Assembly (NCBI RefSeq): GCF_041906005.1
Contig: NZ_JAYRJY010000003.1
Span: 3,724-67,723 of the forward strand
DNA: 64,000 bases
Source: Ferrovibrio sp.
Lineage (GTDB): Bacteria > Pseudomonadota > Alphaproteobacteria > Ferrovibrionales > Ferrovibrionaceae
Direction: 5' to 3'
Position numbers and translations under genes: made by a program. Below the pieces are notes generated by a model. The model worked only from the letters and a program-made list of their open reading frames with translations, was not told the origin of the DNA and did not search any database. This document shows, one piece after another, positions 45,974 through 56,582 of the stretch (position 1 is its first letter; each line of letters begins with the position of its first letter).

Positions 45974-46311
45974 TGGAAACGAAAAATGCAATTTCCGCCC
46001 TGTCCGCCCTCGCCCAGGAAACGCGGCTAGACGTGTTTCGCCTGCTCATGCAGTGCCTGCCGGACGGCATGCCGGCCGGCGATTTGGCGGAGAAATTCGG
46101 CGTACCGGCCAGTACCATGTCCACGCATCTCGCCATTCTGACGCGAGCGGGTCTGACGCGGTCTGATCGTGACGGCCGCACCATCTATTACGCAGCCGAA
46201 TTGGACGGCATCAAGAGCCTGCTCGAGTTCCTGGTCAAGGATTGCTGCAACGGCAAGTCCAGAGACTGCAACAAGCTTCTAGCGGCAGCCCTGTCGCCCT
46301 GCTGTTCCTGA
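45973..46311 (+). CDS. arsR: ArsR/SmtB regulator 2
   Basis: ALAQETRLDVFR, STMSTHL and KDCCNG...C; start ATG 45973. Confidence 0.9.
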   Translation: METKNAISALSALAQETRLDVFRLLMQCLPDGMPAGDLAEKFGVPASTMSTHLAILTRAGLTRSDRDGRTIYYAAELDGIKSLLEFLVKDCCNGKSRDCNKLLAAALSPCCS

Positions 46312-46335
46312 ACCATCCGATCTTTGAGGTGCCAT

Positions 46336-46845
46336 ATGGCCGAGCGCGTCTATAACGTACTCTTTCTTTGCACGGGCAATTCGGCCCGCAGCATTCTGGC
46401 TGAGAGCATTCTCAACCGCGATGGCCAGGGCCGTTTCAGGGCCTTCAGCGCCGGCAGCCAGCCGAAGGGTGAGGTGCACCCATTCGCCATTAGCCTCCTC
46501 AGGAAGATGAACCATCCGATCGACGGATTGCGTTCCAAGAGCTGGGATGAATTTGCCGCCGACGGCGCGCCGATCATGGACTTCGTCTTTACGGTTTGCG
46601 ACAACGCGGCCAATGAGGTCTGCCCCGTTTGGCCTGGTCAGCCGATGAGTGCCCATTGGGGGTTGCCGGATCCGGCGGCAGTAGAAGGCAGCGAGGCCGA
46701 GCGGCATCTTGCTTTTGCCGACACCTATCGACTGCTGGCCAATCGGATCGGCATCTTTACCAGCCTGCCGATGAAATCGCTGGACAGGCTCAGCCTGCAG
46801 AAGCGCCTCAGCGAAATCGGCCGGAATTTCACCCAAACAGCCTGA
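46336..46845 (+). CDS. arsC: Arsenate reductase, LMW-PTP/thioredoxin family
   Basis: CTGNSARS, FTVCDNAA, EVCPVWPG and HWGLPDP. Confidence 0.93.
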   Translation: MAERVYNVLFLCTGNSARSILAESILNRDGQGRFRAFSAGSQPKGEVHPFAISLLRKMNHPIDGLRSKSWDEFAADGAPIMDFVFTVCDNAANEVCPVWPGQPMSAHWGLPDPAAVEGSEAERHLAFADTYRLLANRIGIFTSLPMKSLDRLSLQKRLSEIGRNFTQTA

Positions 46846-46873
46846 CCCTTCGGGGCAATTGGAAGATCTGCCT

Positions 46874-47938
46874 GTGAACCTGTTTGAACGCTATCTGACG
46901 CTCTGGGTCGGTCTATGCATCATCGCCGGAATTGCCCTCGGCCATTTTCTGCCGACGGCTTTCCAGGCTATCGGGTCGGCCGAGATCGCCAAGGTCAACC
47001 TGCCGGTCGCACTCCTGATTTGGCTGATGATCATTCCGATGCTGATGAAGATCGACTTTGCGGCCCTCGCTCGCGTACGCGAACATTGGCGCGGCATCGG
47101 CGTCACCCTGTTCATCAACTGGGCAGTCAAGCCATTCTCCATGGCAGCCCTCGGCTGGCTCTTCATCAGTTGGCTATTCCGGCCCTATCTTCCCGCCGAT
47201 CAGATCGACAGCTATGTCGCCGGGCTGATTCTGCTGGCGGCGGCGCCCTGCACGGCCATGGTCTTCGTCTGGAGCAATCTCTCCCAAGGCGAGCCGCATT
47301 TCACGCTGAGTCAGGTGGCGCTCAATGACACCATCATGGTTCTCGCCTTTGCACCCATTGTCGGGCTGCTCCTCGGCCTGTCAGCGATCACGGTGCCCTG
47401 GGATACCTTGCTGCTCTCGGTCGTCCTTTATATCGTCATTCCGGTAGCGATCGCCCAGTTGCTCCGCCGCGCTCTGCTCGGCACTGGCGGCGATCCGGCT
47501 CTGCAACGCATGTTGGCGGTGTTGCAGCCGATCTCGCTGCTGGCGCTCCTGACGACACTTGTCCTGCTGTTCGGTTTTCAGGGTGAGCAGATCATTGCAC
47601 AGCCGGCAATCATCGCCTTGCTGGCAATCCCCATTCTCATCCAGGTCTATTTCAACGCCGGCCTTGCCTATCTCCTCAACCGATGGAGCGGCGAGGCGCA
47701 TTGTGTGGCCGCACCTTCGGCGTTGATCGGAGCCAGCAATTTCTTCGAGCTTGCCGTGGCAACTGCCATCAGCCTGTTCGGCTTCCATTCAGGTGCCGCG
47801 CTGGCGACCGTCGTCGGCGTGTTGATTGAAGTGCCGGTGATGCTGTCGGTCGTCAAGATCGCCAATGCCAGCAAGAATTGGTACGAATGCGGCCCGGCCG
47901 TGCGCCGGAATGCATCCGCGACCTTGACGCGAGGATAG
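46874..47938 (+). CDS. acr3: ACR3 family arsenite efflux transporter
   Basis: FERYLTLWV, INWAVKPF, APCTAMVFVW, SNFFELAVA and GVLIEVP; GTG 46874 or TTG 46859. Confidence 0.95.
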   Translation: MNLFERYLTLWVGLCIIAGIALGHFLPTAFQAIGSAEIAKVNLPVALLIWLMIIPMLMKIDFAALARVREHWRGIGVTLFINWAVKPFSMAALGWLFISWLFRPYLPADQIDSYVAGLILLAAAPCTAMVFVWSNLSQGEPHFTLSQVALNDTIMVLAFAPIVGLLLGLSAITVPWDTLLLSVVLYIVIPVAIAQLLRRALLGTGGDPALQRMLAVLQPISLLALLTTLVLLFGFQGEQIIAQPAIIALLAIPILIQVYFNAGLAYLLNRWSGEAHCVAAPSALIGASNFFELAVATAISLFGFHSGAALATVVGVLIEVPVMLSVVKIANASKNWYECGPAVRRNASATLTRG

Positions 47939-47959
47939 CTGGAGCTTCGGCCCAACTGC

Positions 47960-48784
47960 TCAGCTGCGATCGCCGAAATTGTATGAGAGAGAAACGATGC
48001 GGCGGGCCCGTTCCAGTACCGGCCGATCGATCATCATGCCATTCATCTGCACGGCACCGCCCTCGCCCGCCAATTCAATGACTTGGCGCGCCCACGCCAG
48101 GGCCTGTTGATCGGGCAGGAAGGCCTTCAAGGCCGGCGCGATCTGACGTGGATGAATCATCAGCTTGCCACCAAATCCAAGCGAGATGGCCCGTTCGGCA
48201 TCTGCCTGCACGACATCTGGATCATCCAGCACAGTGGTGACGCCGTCGATGGGCGCAGCGAGGCCGGCAAGTCGCGACCTGAAGACGATTTCGCTGCGCG
48301 CCATCAGCAGTGAATCCCAGCTTGGATTGCAGCCAAGATCCACAGCGTAGTCCAGGGCGCCGAAGGCGACGATCGCCACGCCCGAAGCGCCCATGATTTC
48401 CGGCAAACTCGCCAGGCCTGCTGCTGTTTCGATCAATGGAATGATTGGCACGATGCGGCCGAGCCCTTCATGGACGGCTCTCACATCGACCGCTCCATTC
48501 GTCTTTGGCAACATGATCGCCGAGAAGGGCACGCCGCCTAGAGCTGCCAAATCCTCATCGAAACACGGGGAATCGCAGGCATTGATGCGGACGATCACCG
48601 GCAGGCCACGAATGTCATGCCTGCTGAGGTTGGCCCGTGCCAAGGCTTTGTGATCCGGCGATACCGCATCTTCCAGATCGAGGATCACCGCATCGGCACC
48701 ACTTTGCGCGGCCTTGGCAAAGCGTTCCGGCCGGTCGCCCGGCACGAACAGGGGGACGATCGGGGGGTGGAAGTTGGCTACCAT
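47960..48784 (-). CDS. CitE/HpcH-family CoA-ester lyase (citramalyl-CoA lyase-like)
   Basis: LFVPGDRPERF, LDLEDAV, VRIN, LIET, FGALD and GKLMIHP; start ATG 48784. Confidence 0.88.
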   Translation of the reverse strand: MVANFHPPIVPLFVPGDRPERFAKAAQSGADAVILDLEDAVSPDHKALARANLSRHDIRGLPVIVRINACDSPCFDEDLAALGGVPFSAIMLPKTNGAVDVRAVHEGLGRIVPIIPLIETAAGLASLPEIMGASGVAIVAFGALDYAVDLGCNPSWDSLLMARSEIVFRSRLAGLAAPIDGVTTVLDDPDVVQADAERAISLGFGGKLMIHPRQIAPALKAFLPDQQALAWARQVIELAGEGGAVQMNGMMIDRPVLERARRIVSLSYNFGDRS

Positions 48785-49638
48785 TTGACCTCTCCCTGCA
48801 TATTGATCGGACCACCCGGCACCTGCGTCAGGCAATCCGCCTTCTCCCCATCAAATACGGCCCTCACGTCGAACGCCCTGCCAGCCACCAGCGGCGCCAG
48901 GCCGCGATAGCTGAAATGGCGCGGCGGAGCCGGTCGCTGCGATGCCGCGAGATTGAGCATCAGGGTCGCCTGCATGGGCCCATGGACGACCAGCCCCGCA
49001 TAGCCCTCAACGGTGGTCGCATAGGGTTGATCATAATGAATGCGGTGCCCGTTGAAGGTGATGGCGGAATAGCGGAACAGCAGAGTTGTCGTCGGCTCGA
49101 TCAGCCAGGATTCATGGCTTTCGCCACGGACCGGTTCTGCCTTTGCCATGGGAAGCGATGGTTCAAGTGACTTGGCGGCCGGCGACGGGGCCTCGCGGTA
49201 GACGATATTGTGCTGCTCCGAGATGGCAAGGCCGCGATCGGTGAAATATTCGTGCTGTACACCGACAAAGCACAGCGCACCGCTGCGGCCTTGCTTGAAA
49301 TCGATGCTGGCAATGGTCGAGCGGCGGCGGACATGGTCACCGCTGCGCAATGGCGCCAGGAAATCGACATGACCGCCGGCCCACATGCGACGCGGCAGCG
49401 GCACAGGCGGCAGGAAGCCGCCTTTGGCCGGATGGCCATCAGGACCTAAATCACCGGCAGGTGCCAGGAACGGCGACAGGCACCAGTGAAAGCCAAGCGG
49501 CACTTCCTGGCCCGGCAGCTTGGCGAGATGAGGATCGAATGTCACCCGGTACTCGTCCAAGAGGCGCGGGGTGATGATGTCCGTTTCCTCGACGGATCTG
49601 CCGATCCAGGGCGTGAAATCAATGCTGTCCAATGACAT
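48778..49638 (-). CDS. MaoC/FAS1-type hydratase (itaconyl-/mesaconyl-C4-CoA hydratase-like)
   Basis: DGHP--GGFLPP, RRMWAGG, FRYSAITFNGHRIHYD and VHGP. Confidence 0.85.
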   Translation of the reverse strand: MSLDSIDFTPWIGRSVEETDIITPRLLDEYRVTFDPHLAKLPGQEVPLGFHWCLSPFLAPAGDLGPDGHPAKGGFLPPVPLPRRMWAGGHVDFLAPLRSGDHVRRRSTIASIDFKQGRSGALCFVGVQHEYFTDRGLAISEQHNIVYREAPSPAAKSLEPSLPMAKAEPVRGESHESWLIEPTTTLLFRYSAITFNGHRIHYDQPYATTVEGYAGLVVHGPMQATLMLNLAASQRPAPPRHFSYRGLAPLVAGRAFDVRAVFDGEKADCLTQVPGGPINMQGEVKW

Positions 49639-49659
49639 GTCGGTACGCCCCCATACTTC

Positions 49660-50820
49660 TCAGAACGACCGCGGCAATTGCAGCACATGTTCCGAGAGAT
49701 AAGAGAGGATGAGATTCGTTGAAATCGGCGCCACCTGATAGAGCCGGGTTTCGCGGAACTTGCGCTCGACATCGTACTCCTCGGCAAAGCCGAAGCCGCC
49801 GAAAGTCTGGATGCAAGCGTTGGCTGCCTCAAACGAGGCATCTGCCGCCAACATCTTGGCCATATTGGCTTCGGCGCCGCAATTGGCACCGGTTTCATAG
49901 AGGCGGATGCCCTCATGAACCATCAATTCGGCCGCCCGCATATTGGCGTAGGCACGCGCCAGCGGGAATTGAATGCCCTGGTTCTGACCGATCGGCCGGC
50001 CAAAGAGAGTGCGCTCCCGCGCATAGGCGGTCGCCTTGTCGAGGAACCACTTGGCGTCGCCGACGCATTCGGCTGCAATCAGCAGGCGCTCGGCGTTCAT
50101 ACCGGAAAGAATGTAGCGGAATCCTTTCCCTTCCTCACCCACCAGATTGGCGGCGGGCACGCGGACATTGTCGAAGAAGACTTCGGTGGTCGAATGATTC
50201 ATCATCGTGCGGATCGGGCGGATCGTCAGGCCCTGCTGCCGCGCCGTGCGCATATCGAGGATGAAGACCGAGAGCCCTTCCGTGCGCTTTTCCACCTTGT
50301 CCTTTGGCGTCGTCCGCGCCAGCAGCAGCATCAGATCGGAATACTCGGCGCGGCTGGTCCAGATCTTCTGGCCGTTGATGACATAGTGGTCACCGTCGCG
50401 GACGGCGGTCGTGCGCAGGGAGGTGGTGTCCGATCCGCTGGTCGGCTCCGTCACGCCAAAGGCCTGCAATCGCAATTCACCCGCTGCGATGGGCGGCAGA
50501 TAGGCCGCCTTCTGCGCGTCCGACCCGTGCCGCAGGACGGTTCCCATGATGTACATCTGCGCGTGACATGTGGCGCCATTGCAGCCAGCGTGCTGGATTT
50601 CTTCCAGAATTGCTGCCGCTGCGGATAGTGGCAGGCCAGCACCGCCGAACTCCTCCGGAATGAGCGCTGCCAGAAAGCCAGATTCCGTCAGGGCGCCGAT
50701 GAATTCCTTCGGATAGGCCGCGTCGCGATCCAAACGGCGCCAGTATTCGCCCGGGAACTGTTCGCACAGCTTGCGGACCGAAGCGCGAATGTCACTGTGA
50801 TTTACTTCGTTCTGTACCAA
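49660..50820 (-). CDS. Acyl-CoA dehydrogenase
   Basis: FGVTEPTSGSD, NGQKIWTSR, NAERLL, FGGFGFAEEY and RLYQVAPIS. Confidence 0.92.
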   Translation of the reverse strand: MVQNEVNHSDIRASVRKLCEQFPGEYWRRLDRDAAYPKEFIGALTESGFLAALIPEEFGGAGLPLSAAAAILEEIQHAGCNGATCHAQMYIMGTVLRHGSDAQKAAYLPPIAAGELRLQAFGVTEPTSGSDTTSLRTTAVRDGDHYVINGQKIWTSRAEYSDLMLLLARTTPKDKVEKRTEGLSVFILDMRTARQQGLTIRPIRTMMNHSTTEVFFDNVRVPAANLVGEEGKGFRYILSGMNAERLLIAAECVGDAKWFLDKATAYARERTLFGRPIGQNQGIQFPLARAYANMRAAELMVHEGIRLYETGANCGAEANMAKMLAADASFEAANACIQTFGGFGFAEEYDVERKFRETRLYQVAPISTNLILSYLSEHVLQLPRSF

Positions 50821-50866
50821 GAGAGAGACCCTTTGAATGTGCGGCCGTTAACGAGAAAGCGGCGGT

Positions 50867-52177
50867 CTAAACGATCAATTCCTCCAACCTCAGTTGCCGG
50901 ACAGGGCGATCGTCGACCAATCCGAACACCGCTCCGATGAAGGCCTCGGCCTGCGCCGTGGAAATGTCGGCCGTCTCCATCAGGCCCAACGCCTTCTCCT
51001 TGAGATCAGCTGGCGTGACCGGATTGCCCGGATCACCTTTGCATTCGCGACGCGCCGTCCGCAGGCGCTGGCCATCCGTCGTTTCGACGCTGACAATGGT
51101 GCCCCAGGAATCCGGATAGGCAGCATCGACCTGCGCATCGGCATGCAACGTCACGCGATTGCGCAGATCCTTGACCGAGTCACGGCCGGCAGGTTCGAAA
51201 GATGACGGATCGACCTTGCCGGTCGCCAGGGCAATCGCCACGCAATGCTGAAGGGAAAATCGGGCGCCGTAAGGTTCGGTCGGCTCCGGGCGATCGCAGA
51301 CATCAATGGCCGCCTGATAGGTCCCAACCTCAATCCGTGCCAGTTCTCGCCCGCCGATTTCGTGGTGGAGAGCAATGGCGGCGTCGATCGTGGGGTGCGT
51401 ATGCCGACAGCAGGGCCAGGGCTTGATCGAAGTCTGCACCAATTGCCAATCCGCCGCCGGATCACGCAGCACTGCATCCGGATCCGGATCGGAGCACAGA
51501 CCCTTGAAGAACCCCTTCTCACCTTCAAGAATGCGGGCCGGTCCGGTAAACCCCTCTTTCGCCAGCCGCGCGGCCATCAATCCGGCTTGGGCGCCGCGCG
51601 CGGTATGGAGATGCTTGCTCATCGCACCGGCGGCGAGGAATTCCCACAAACCGGCGGATTGGGTTCCGGCATTGCCGAGCGCCCAGACGGTCTGCTCGCG
51701 GTTGAGGTCGGCCAGTTGCGCCACGGCCATCGCCGACCCGAAGGGGCCACAGGTCGCCGTATTGTGCCAGACGCGGTAATGCTCCTTCCCGACCGCCATG
51801 CCGATTCGGCAACAGGCTTCATAGCCCGCAAGGATTGCTTGCAGAAATGCCCGCCCGTTCATGTCCGAGAGATGCGCATAGGCCCAGGCCGCCGGTATGA
51901 CGACGCTGCCCGGATGCGTCACCGACGCGCGATGGAGGTCGTCCATCTCCAGGATATGCGACACGCCGCCCAGATAGAATGACATCTTGTCGACATCATC
52001 GAGCCGAAGTGGCGAGACCTTGGCGAGGATTTTGGCCGGCACCGAATTGCGCGCGCCGATAGCGCAGGCCAGTGTATCGAGGACGAACAAGGCCGCCTGG
52101 TCGAGATCGCGAGGCTTGATCGGCTTGCTCCTGATCAAGTCGACAAGGCCTTCCGTCAGGGTCATTGCGTCGCTCAT
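50867..52177 (-). CDS. MmgE/PrpD family protein
   Basis: HILEMDDLH, HPGSVV, WHNTAT, KHLH and KPWPCCRHTH. Confidence 0.9.
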   Translation of the reverse strand: MSDAMTLTEGLVDLIRSKPIKPRDLDQAALFVLDTLACAIGARNSVPAKILAKVSPLRLDDVDKMSFYLGGVSHILEMDDLHRASVTHPGSVVIPAAWAYAHLSDMNGRAFLQAILAGYEACCRIGMAVGKEHYRVWHNTATCGPFGSAMAVAQLADLNREQTVWALGNAGTQSAGLWEFLAAGAMSKHLHTARGAQAGLMAARLAKEGFTGPARILEGEKGFFKGLCSDPDPDAVLRDPAADWQLVQTSIKPWPCCRHTHPTIDAAIALHHEIGGRELARIEVGTYQAAIDVCDRPEPTEPYGARFSLQHCVAIALATGKVDPSSFEPAGRDSVKDLRNRVTLHADAQVDAAYPDSWGTIVSVETTDGQRLRTARRECKGDPGNPVTPADLKEKALGLMETADISTAQAEAFIGAVFGLVDDRPVRQLRLEELIV

Positions 52178-53337
52178 GATACGTTCGCCACAGCAGCCGG
52201 GGTAAACTCGCGCCGCAAGGGCAAATCGTGCTCGCCCAGTTCCGGCACACGGCCCAACACCGGCCTGCCACCGTCCACGATCACAGGTGGCGCCAGCACT
52301 TCGACCTCGCCGGCCGGTGTCGCAATAGACAGGAAGGTGGCGCTTTCATGCTTCAGCAGATCGCCCATAGTCGAGACCATGCCGAAGGCGATCTTCGCTT
52401 CCGCCAACTTCTTCGTCACATGCTCGGCCGATTGCTGCGACAGGGTCTCCTGGATGCGGCTATCAAGCTCCGTCCGGTTGCACACGCGCTTGACGTTGCT
52501 GTCAAAGCGATCGTCCCGGTAGAGCGCTTCATCCCCCAGCACCTCAAGGCAAAACGTCTTCCACTCCCGCTCGCTCTGAATCGACAGCAGGATGTTACCG
52601 TTCTGCAGATGGAAGCTGCCATATGGTGCGATCGATGGATGCGCCAGACCAAGACGCGACGGTTCGCGTCCGCCATAGCGTCGGGTGAGATAAGGCACAT
52701 TCATATAGTCGGCGATCGTGTCGAACAGCGACACCTGCAAATGCGATCCCTGACCGGTATGGCCACGCTTGATCAGCGCTTCGAGGATCGCGGCATAGGC
52801 AGCCTGTCCCGTGGTGATATCGCAGATCGAAATGCCGACACGGCTGGGGCCGGAAAGATCCGTGCCGGTAACATAAGCGAGGCCCACTTCAGCCTGCACC
52901 AGCAGATCATAGGCCTTTCTGAAATAGCTCGGCGTGCCCGGCGCGTAGCCACTGACGTCGCAGACGATCAGGCGCGGAAAGCGTGTACGCAGATCCTTGC
53001 TGCCAAGGCCTAACCGGTCGGTGGCACCGGGCGCCAAGTTCTGAATGAAGATATCCGCCTTGGCGATCATCGCCTCGACCAGAGCCAGATCCTCGGCCTT
53101 GGTGAGGTCGACGCGGCAGGATTCCTTGCCACGGTTCATCCAGACAAAATACGAAGACTGGCCCAACGCATAATCGTCATAGCCGCGCGCGAAATCACCT
53201 TCGGGCCGTTCCAGCTTGATTACCCGCGCACCGGCATCCGCCAGGCGCGAGGTCGCAATCGGGGCTGCCACCGCCTGTTCCAGCGCAACAACAAGTACGT
53301 CTTTCAGAGCGTGAGTCATAAGAGATCCGGCTACCAT
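52174..53337 (-). CDS. Family III (CaiB/BaiF) CoA-transferase
   Basis: LEQAVAAP, VIKLERPEGDFAR, NRGKES, YDLLVQAE and HPSIAPYG; start ATG 53337 with SD AGGAG. Confidence 0.92.
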   Translation of the reverse strand: MVAGSLMTHALKDVLVVALEQAVAAPIATSRLADAGARVIKLERPEGDFARGYDDYALGQSSYFVWMNRGKESCRVDLTKAEDLALVEAMIAKADIFIQNLAPGATDRLGLGSKDLRTRFPRLIVCDVSGYAPGTPSYFRKAYDLLVQAEVGLAYVTGTDLSGPSRVGISICDITTGQAAYAAILEALIKRGHTGQGSHLQVSLFDTIADYMNVPYLTRRYGGREPSRLGLAHPSIAPYGSFHLQNGNILLSIQSEREWKTFCLEVLGDEALYRDDRFDSNVKRVCNRTELDSRIQETLSQQSAEHVTKKLAEAKIAFGMVSTMGDLLKHESATFLSIATPAGEVEVLAPPVIVDGGRPVLGRVPELGEHDLPLRREFTPAAVANVS

Positions 53338-53601
53338 TTTCGCTCCTGAAACTCGCTGATCCGCCCATGAAGTCAAATAGGATTTCGCGATAAAACATAT
53401 ATGGAAACGTTAACTCGATAGGTTCTGAGCTGCACCCAGCGCCATAGCGCCCTGCTCTAGCAGGCATAGCAATTTGTTCATTGTCGCCACGCGCGGATGC
53501 GGTCCATTCTGTCGCTCGTCTGTTACGACCAACAAGCATCGAGACAGGTCCGGCAGCGTGGATGCGCCGCGGCAACTGCTTCGATCATCGAGGAAACATC
53601 C

Positions 53602-55035
53602 ATGAAACAACACTTCATCAACGGCACCAGCCTTGCCAGCGCCGATGGCGACAGCATGCCGGTCCTGGCACCTGCGACCGGAGAGATCATCGAAACCATC
53701 AGCTGCGGCAAAGCCACCGATGTCGACCGTGCCGTCGCTGCCGCACGGGGCGCGTTCGACGGCCCCTGGGGCCGCCTGACCGCAACCGAACGCGGTCGTC
53801 TTCTCACGCGCCTGGGCGTGCGCATTCTTGACCATCTCGATGAACTCGCCCGGACCGAGGCGACAGATACCGGCAAACCGATGACGACGGCGCGCGTTGA
53901 TATCGAGACGACGGCTCGCTATTTCGAGTTCTACGGCACTGCCGCCGACAAGGTGCATGGCGAGGTCATTCCGTTCATGGCCGGCTATACGGTGACGGTG
54001 GTTCATGAGCCCTTTGGCGTCACCGGGCATATCCTGCCCTGGAACTATCCGGCGCAGATGTTCGGGCGCTCGCTGGCACCGTCGCTCGCGATGGGCAACG
54101 CGGTTGTGCTGAAACCGGCCGAAGACGGGTGCCTTTCGGCACTGCGTATTGCGGAATTGGCGACCGAGATCGGGTTTCCGGATGGCAGCATCAATATCGT
54201 GACCGGACGCGGCAGCGAGGCAGGCGCGGCACTTGCCGGTCATCCCGGCATCGGCTTCCTCTCCTTCACCGGGTCGCCCGAAATCGGCCGGCTGGTACAG
54301 CAGGCGGCCGCCAACAACTATGTGCCCTGCACTTTGGAACTGGGTGGCAAATCGCCCCAGATCGTCTTCGAAGATGCCGATTTCGACGCTGCGATCCCAG
54401 TCGTCTGCAAGGCCATCGTGCAGAATACCGGCCAGACCTGTTCGGCCGGCAGCCGAGTACTGGTGCAAGAGAGCATCTACGACCGCTTCATAAGCGCACT
54501 CGCCGAGAGGTTCGCACAATTGCGCGCCGGCACGCCGGAAATGGATCTCGACTGCGGACCCGTCATCAATGCCAGGCAGCAGCAGCGCGTCCAGCGCTTC
54601 ATCGACCTCGCCCGCCAGGACGGCATCGCCGTGATCGCTGAGGGCAGCATCGCCGCTGACGCGCCCAAGGGTGGTTTCTACATCAAACCGACCTTGTTCG
54701 GCCCGGTGCCGAGGGCCAATCGTCTGGCCTGCGATGAAGTATTCGGTCCGGTCCTCGCCGCCCTGCCGTTCAAGGATGAGGCTGATGCGGTGGCTCTTGC
54801 CAACGGCACCGATTATGGCCTCCTCGCCGGCGTTTGGACTCGCGATGGTGGCCGCCAGCAGCGCATGGCCAGGAAAATCCGCGCCGGCCAGGTCTATATC
54901 AACGGCTATGGTGCCGGTGGTGGTGTCGAGCTTCCCTTCGGCGGTACCGGCAAGAGCGGTCATGGTCGCGAGAAGGGCTTCCTGGCGCTGCACGAATTCG
55001 CAGCGACCAAGACGATCGTCAATCGGCACGGCTGA
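53602..55035 (+). CDS. NAD-dependent aldehyde dehydrogenase
   Basis: PWNYP, LKPAE, FTGS, LELGGKSP, GQTCSAG, EVFGPV and FGGTGKSG; start ATG 53602. Confidence 0.93.
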   Translation: MKQHFINGTSLASADGDSMPVLAPATGEIIETISCGKATDVDRAVAAARGAFDGPWGRLTATERGRLLTRLGVRILDHLDELARTEATDTGKPMTTARVDIETTARYFEFYGTAADKVHGEVIPFMAGYTVTVVHEPFGVTGHILPWNYPAQMFGRSLAPSLAMGNAVVLKPAEDGCLSALRIAELATEIGFPDGSINIVTGRGSEAGAALAGHPGIGFLSFTGSPEIGRLVQQAAANNYVPCTLELGGKSPQIVFEDADFDAAIPVVCKAIVQNTGQTCSAGSRVLVQESIYDRFISALAERFAQLRAGTPEMDLDCGPVINARQQQRVQRFIDLARQDGIAVIAEGSIAADAPKGGFYIKPTLFGPVPRANRLACDEVFGPVLAALPFKDEADAVALANGTDYGLLAGVWTRDGGRQQRMARKIRAGQVYINGYGAGGGVELPFGGTGKSGHGREKGFLALHEFAATKTIVNRHG

Positions 55036-55076
55036 GCCATGGCGCGGGAGCGGCCGGATGTGCCGCTCCCCCTTCA

Positions 55077-56582
55077 TCAGTGCACCGCGGCATACATGAT
55101 GTTTTCTTCAGTCGCTTCCTCAACGGCGAATTCCTCCACGATGCGGCCCTGGCGCGACACGAGGATGCGGTCCGCCAGATTGAGGATTTCCGGCAGATAA
55201 GACGAAATCACGACGACGGCGATGCCCGATTCCGCGAGATCCTTGATGATCTGGTGAAGTTCGGCAATCGCACCCACATCGACACCGCGCGTCGGTTCAT
55301 CAAAGATGACGACGCGCGGCTTTTGCACCAGCGAGCGGGCAATCACCACTTTCTGCTGATTTCCGCCGGAGAGTTCGATGACCCGGGCCGAACTGTCGAT
55401 CGCCCGCACTTTCAGGGTCGTTGTCCATTCCTTGGCAAGATTGAGCATTTCTGAGCGGCTGACGATCATGCTTTTGTTGAGGTCTGCGGACAGCAGGCTC
55501 GTATAGATGTTCTCAGCAATCGACATGGTTTCGAAGAAACCTTCGATTTTGCGATCTTCAGTCACATAGACGATGCCACTTTTGACCGCCGGGCGCGGCA
55601 CACGGAAACGCACGGCCTTGCCGTCCAGCCGCACCTCTCCGCCATGAAACAGGTCGCGCTTGACGACACCGGCGATGATCTTGGCCGTTTCCGTACGGCC
55701 CGAACCGATAAGACCGAAGATGCCGGTGATCTGCCCGCTATAGATGGAGAAGGAGGTGTTGCGCACCATCCGCCCCATCGACAGGTTCTGGATGCTCAAC
55801 ACCTTGCGGCCATAGGGACGCGCCTGCCGCTTGCCTGCGCCGCCACCATAGAGTTCGTCGGACAAAGTGCGTCCGACCATGGCGCGAATGATCATGTCGC
55901 GGTCGAATTTCTTGGCATCATCGGTAATGATATGCTGCCCGTCGCGCAGAATGGTGATGCGGTCAGAGATCGCCAACGCCTCTTCCAGCGCATGGGAAAT
56001 GAAGATGATCGAGACGCCGCTCTTCTTCAGGCGGTCGACCAGCGCGAAGAAATGGTGTTTCTCCTCCGGCGTCAATGTTGCCGTCGGTTCATCGAAGATG
56101 ATGACCTTGGCCTTGTGATGAACGGCACGGGCGATTTCGACCATCTGCTTCTGCGCCGCACCCAGCGCTGAGACGTTCATGGTCGGATCGACGGCGAAGT
56201 TCAGCGATTGCAGAAATTGCTGCGCCGCGATGTAAATGCCGCGCAATCTGTTGAGAAACTTCTCATTCCCCAGATAGATATTCTGCGCTACGGTCAATGA
56301 GGGAATGAGGCTCGTTTCCTGGAACACCATGGCAATGCCGTGGCGGAGTGCTTCGGCAGGGTTGGCGAAGGAAACAGCCCGGCCGCCGAACATCATCTCG
56401 CCTCTGGTGATCTCGGTGACGCCGGCGATCATCTTGGTGAGGGTCGATTTCCCCGCGCCGTTCTCACCAAGAAGCGCGTGCACCTCGCCCGGCATCAGTG
56501 AAAAGCTCACGTCCCGCAGGGCTGGAACACCATGGTATTCCTTGGAGACAGCCTTCATCTCAAGCAATGGCTGCATGTTCAT
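55077..56582 (-). CDS. RbsA/MglA-type sugar ABC ATPase (two NBDs)
   Basis: [19 protein letters not shown] and LSGGNQQK; ATGA overlap sets the start at 56582. Confidence 0.92.
   Translation of the reverse strand: MNMQPLLEMKAVSKEYHGVPALRDVSFSLMPGEVHALLGENGAGKSTLTKMIAGVTEITRGEMMFGGRAVSFANPAEALRHGIAMVFQETSLIPSLTVAQNIYLGNEKFLNRLRGIYIAAQQFLQSLNFAVDPTMNVSALGAAQKQMVEIARAVHHKAKVIIFDEPTATLTPEEKHHFFALVDRLKKSGVSIIFISHALEEALAISDRITILRDGQHIITDDAKKFDRDMIIRAMVGRTLSDELYGGGAGKRQARPYGRKVLSIQNLSMGRMVRNTSFSIYSGQITGIFGLIGSGRTETAKIIAGVVKRDLFHGGEVRLDGKAVRFRVPRPAVKSGIVYVTEDRKIEGFFETMSIAENIYTSLLSADLNKSMIVSRSEMLNLAKEWTTTLKVRAIDSSARVIELSGGNQQKVVIARSLVQKPRVVIFDEPTRGVDVGAIAELHQIIKDLAESGIAVVVISSYLPEILNLADRILVSRQGRIVEEFAVEEATEENIMYAAVH

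Noticed and set aside
42870-47960. Arsenic island as a mobile element
   Set aside because: No transposase, integrase, tRNA, terminal inverted repeats or target duplication visible.
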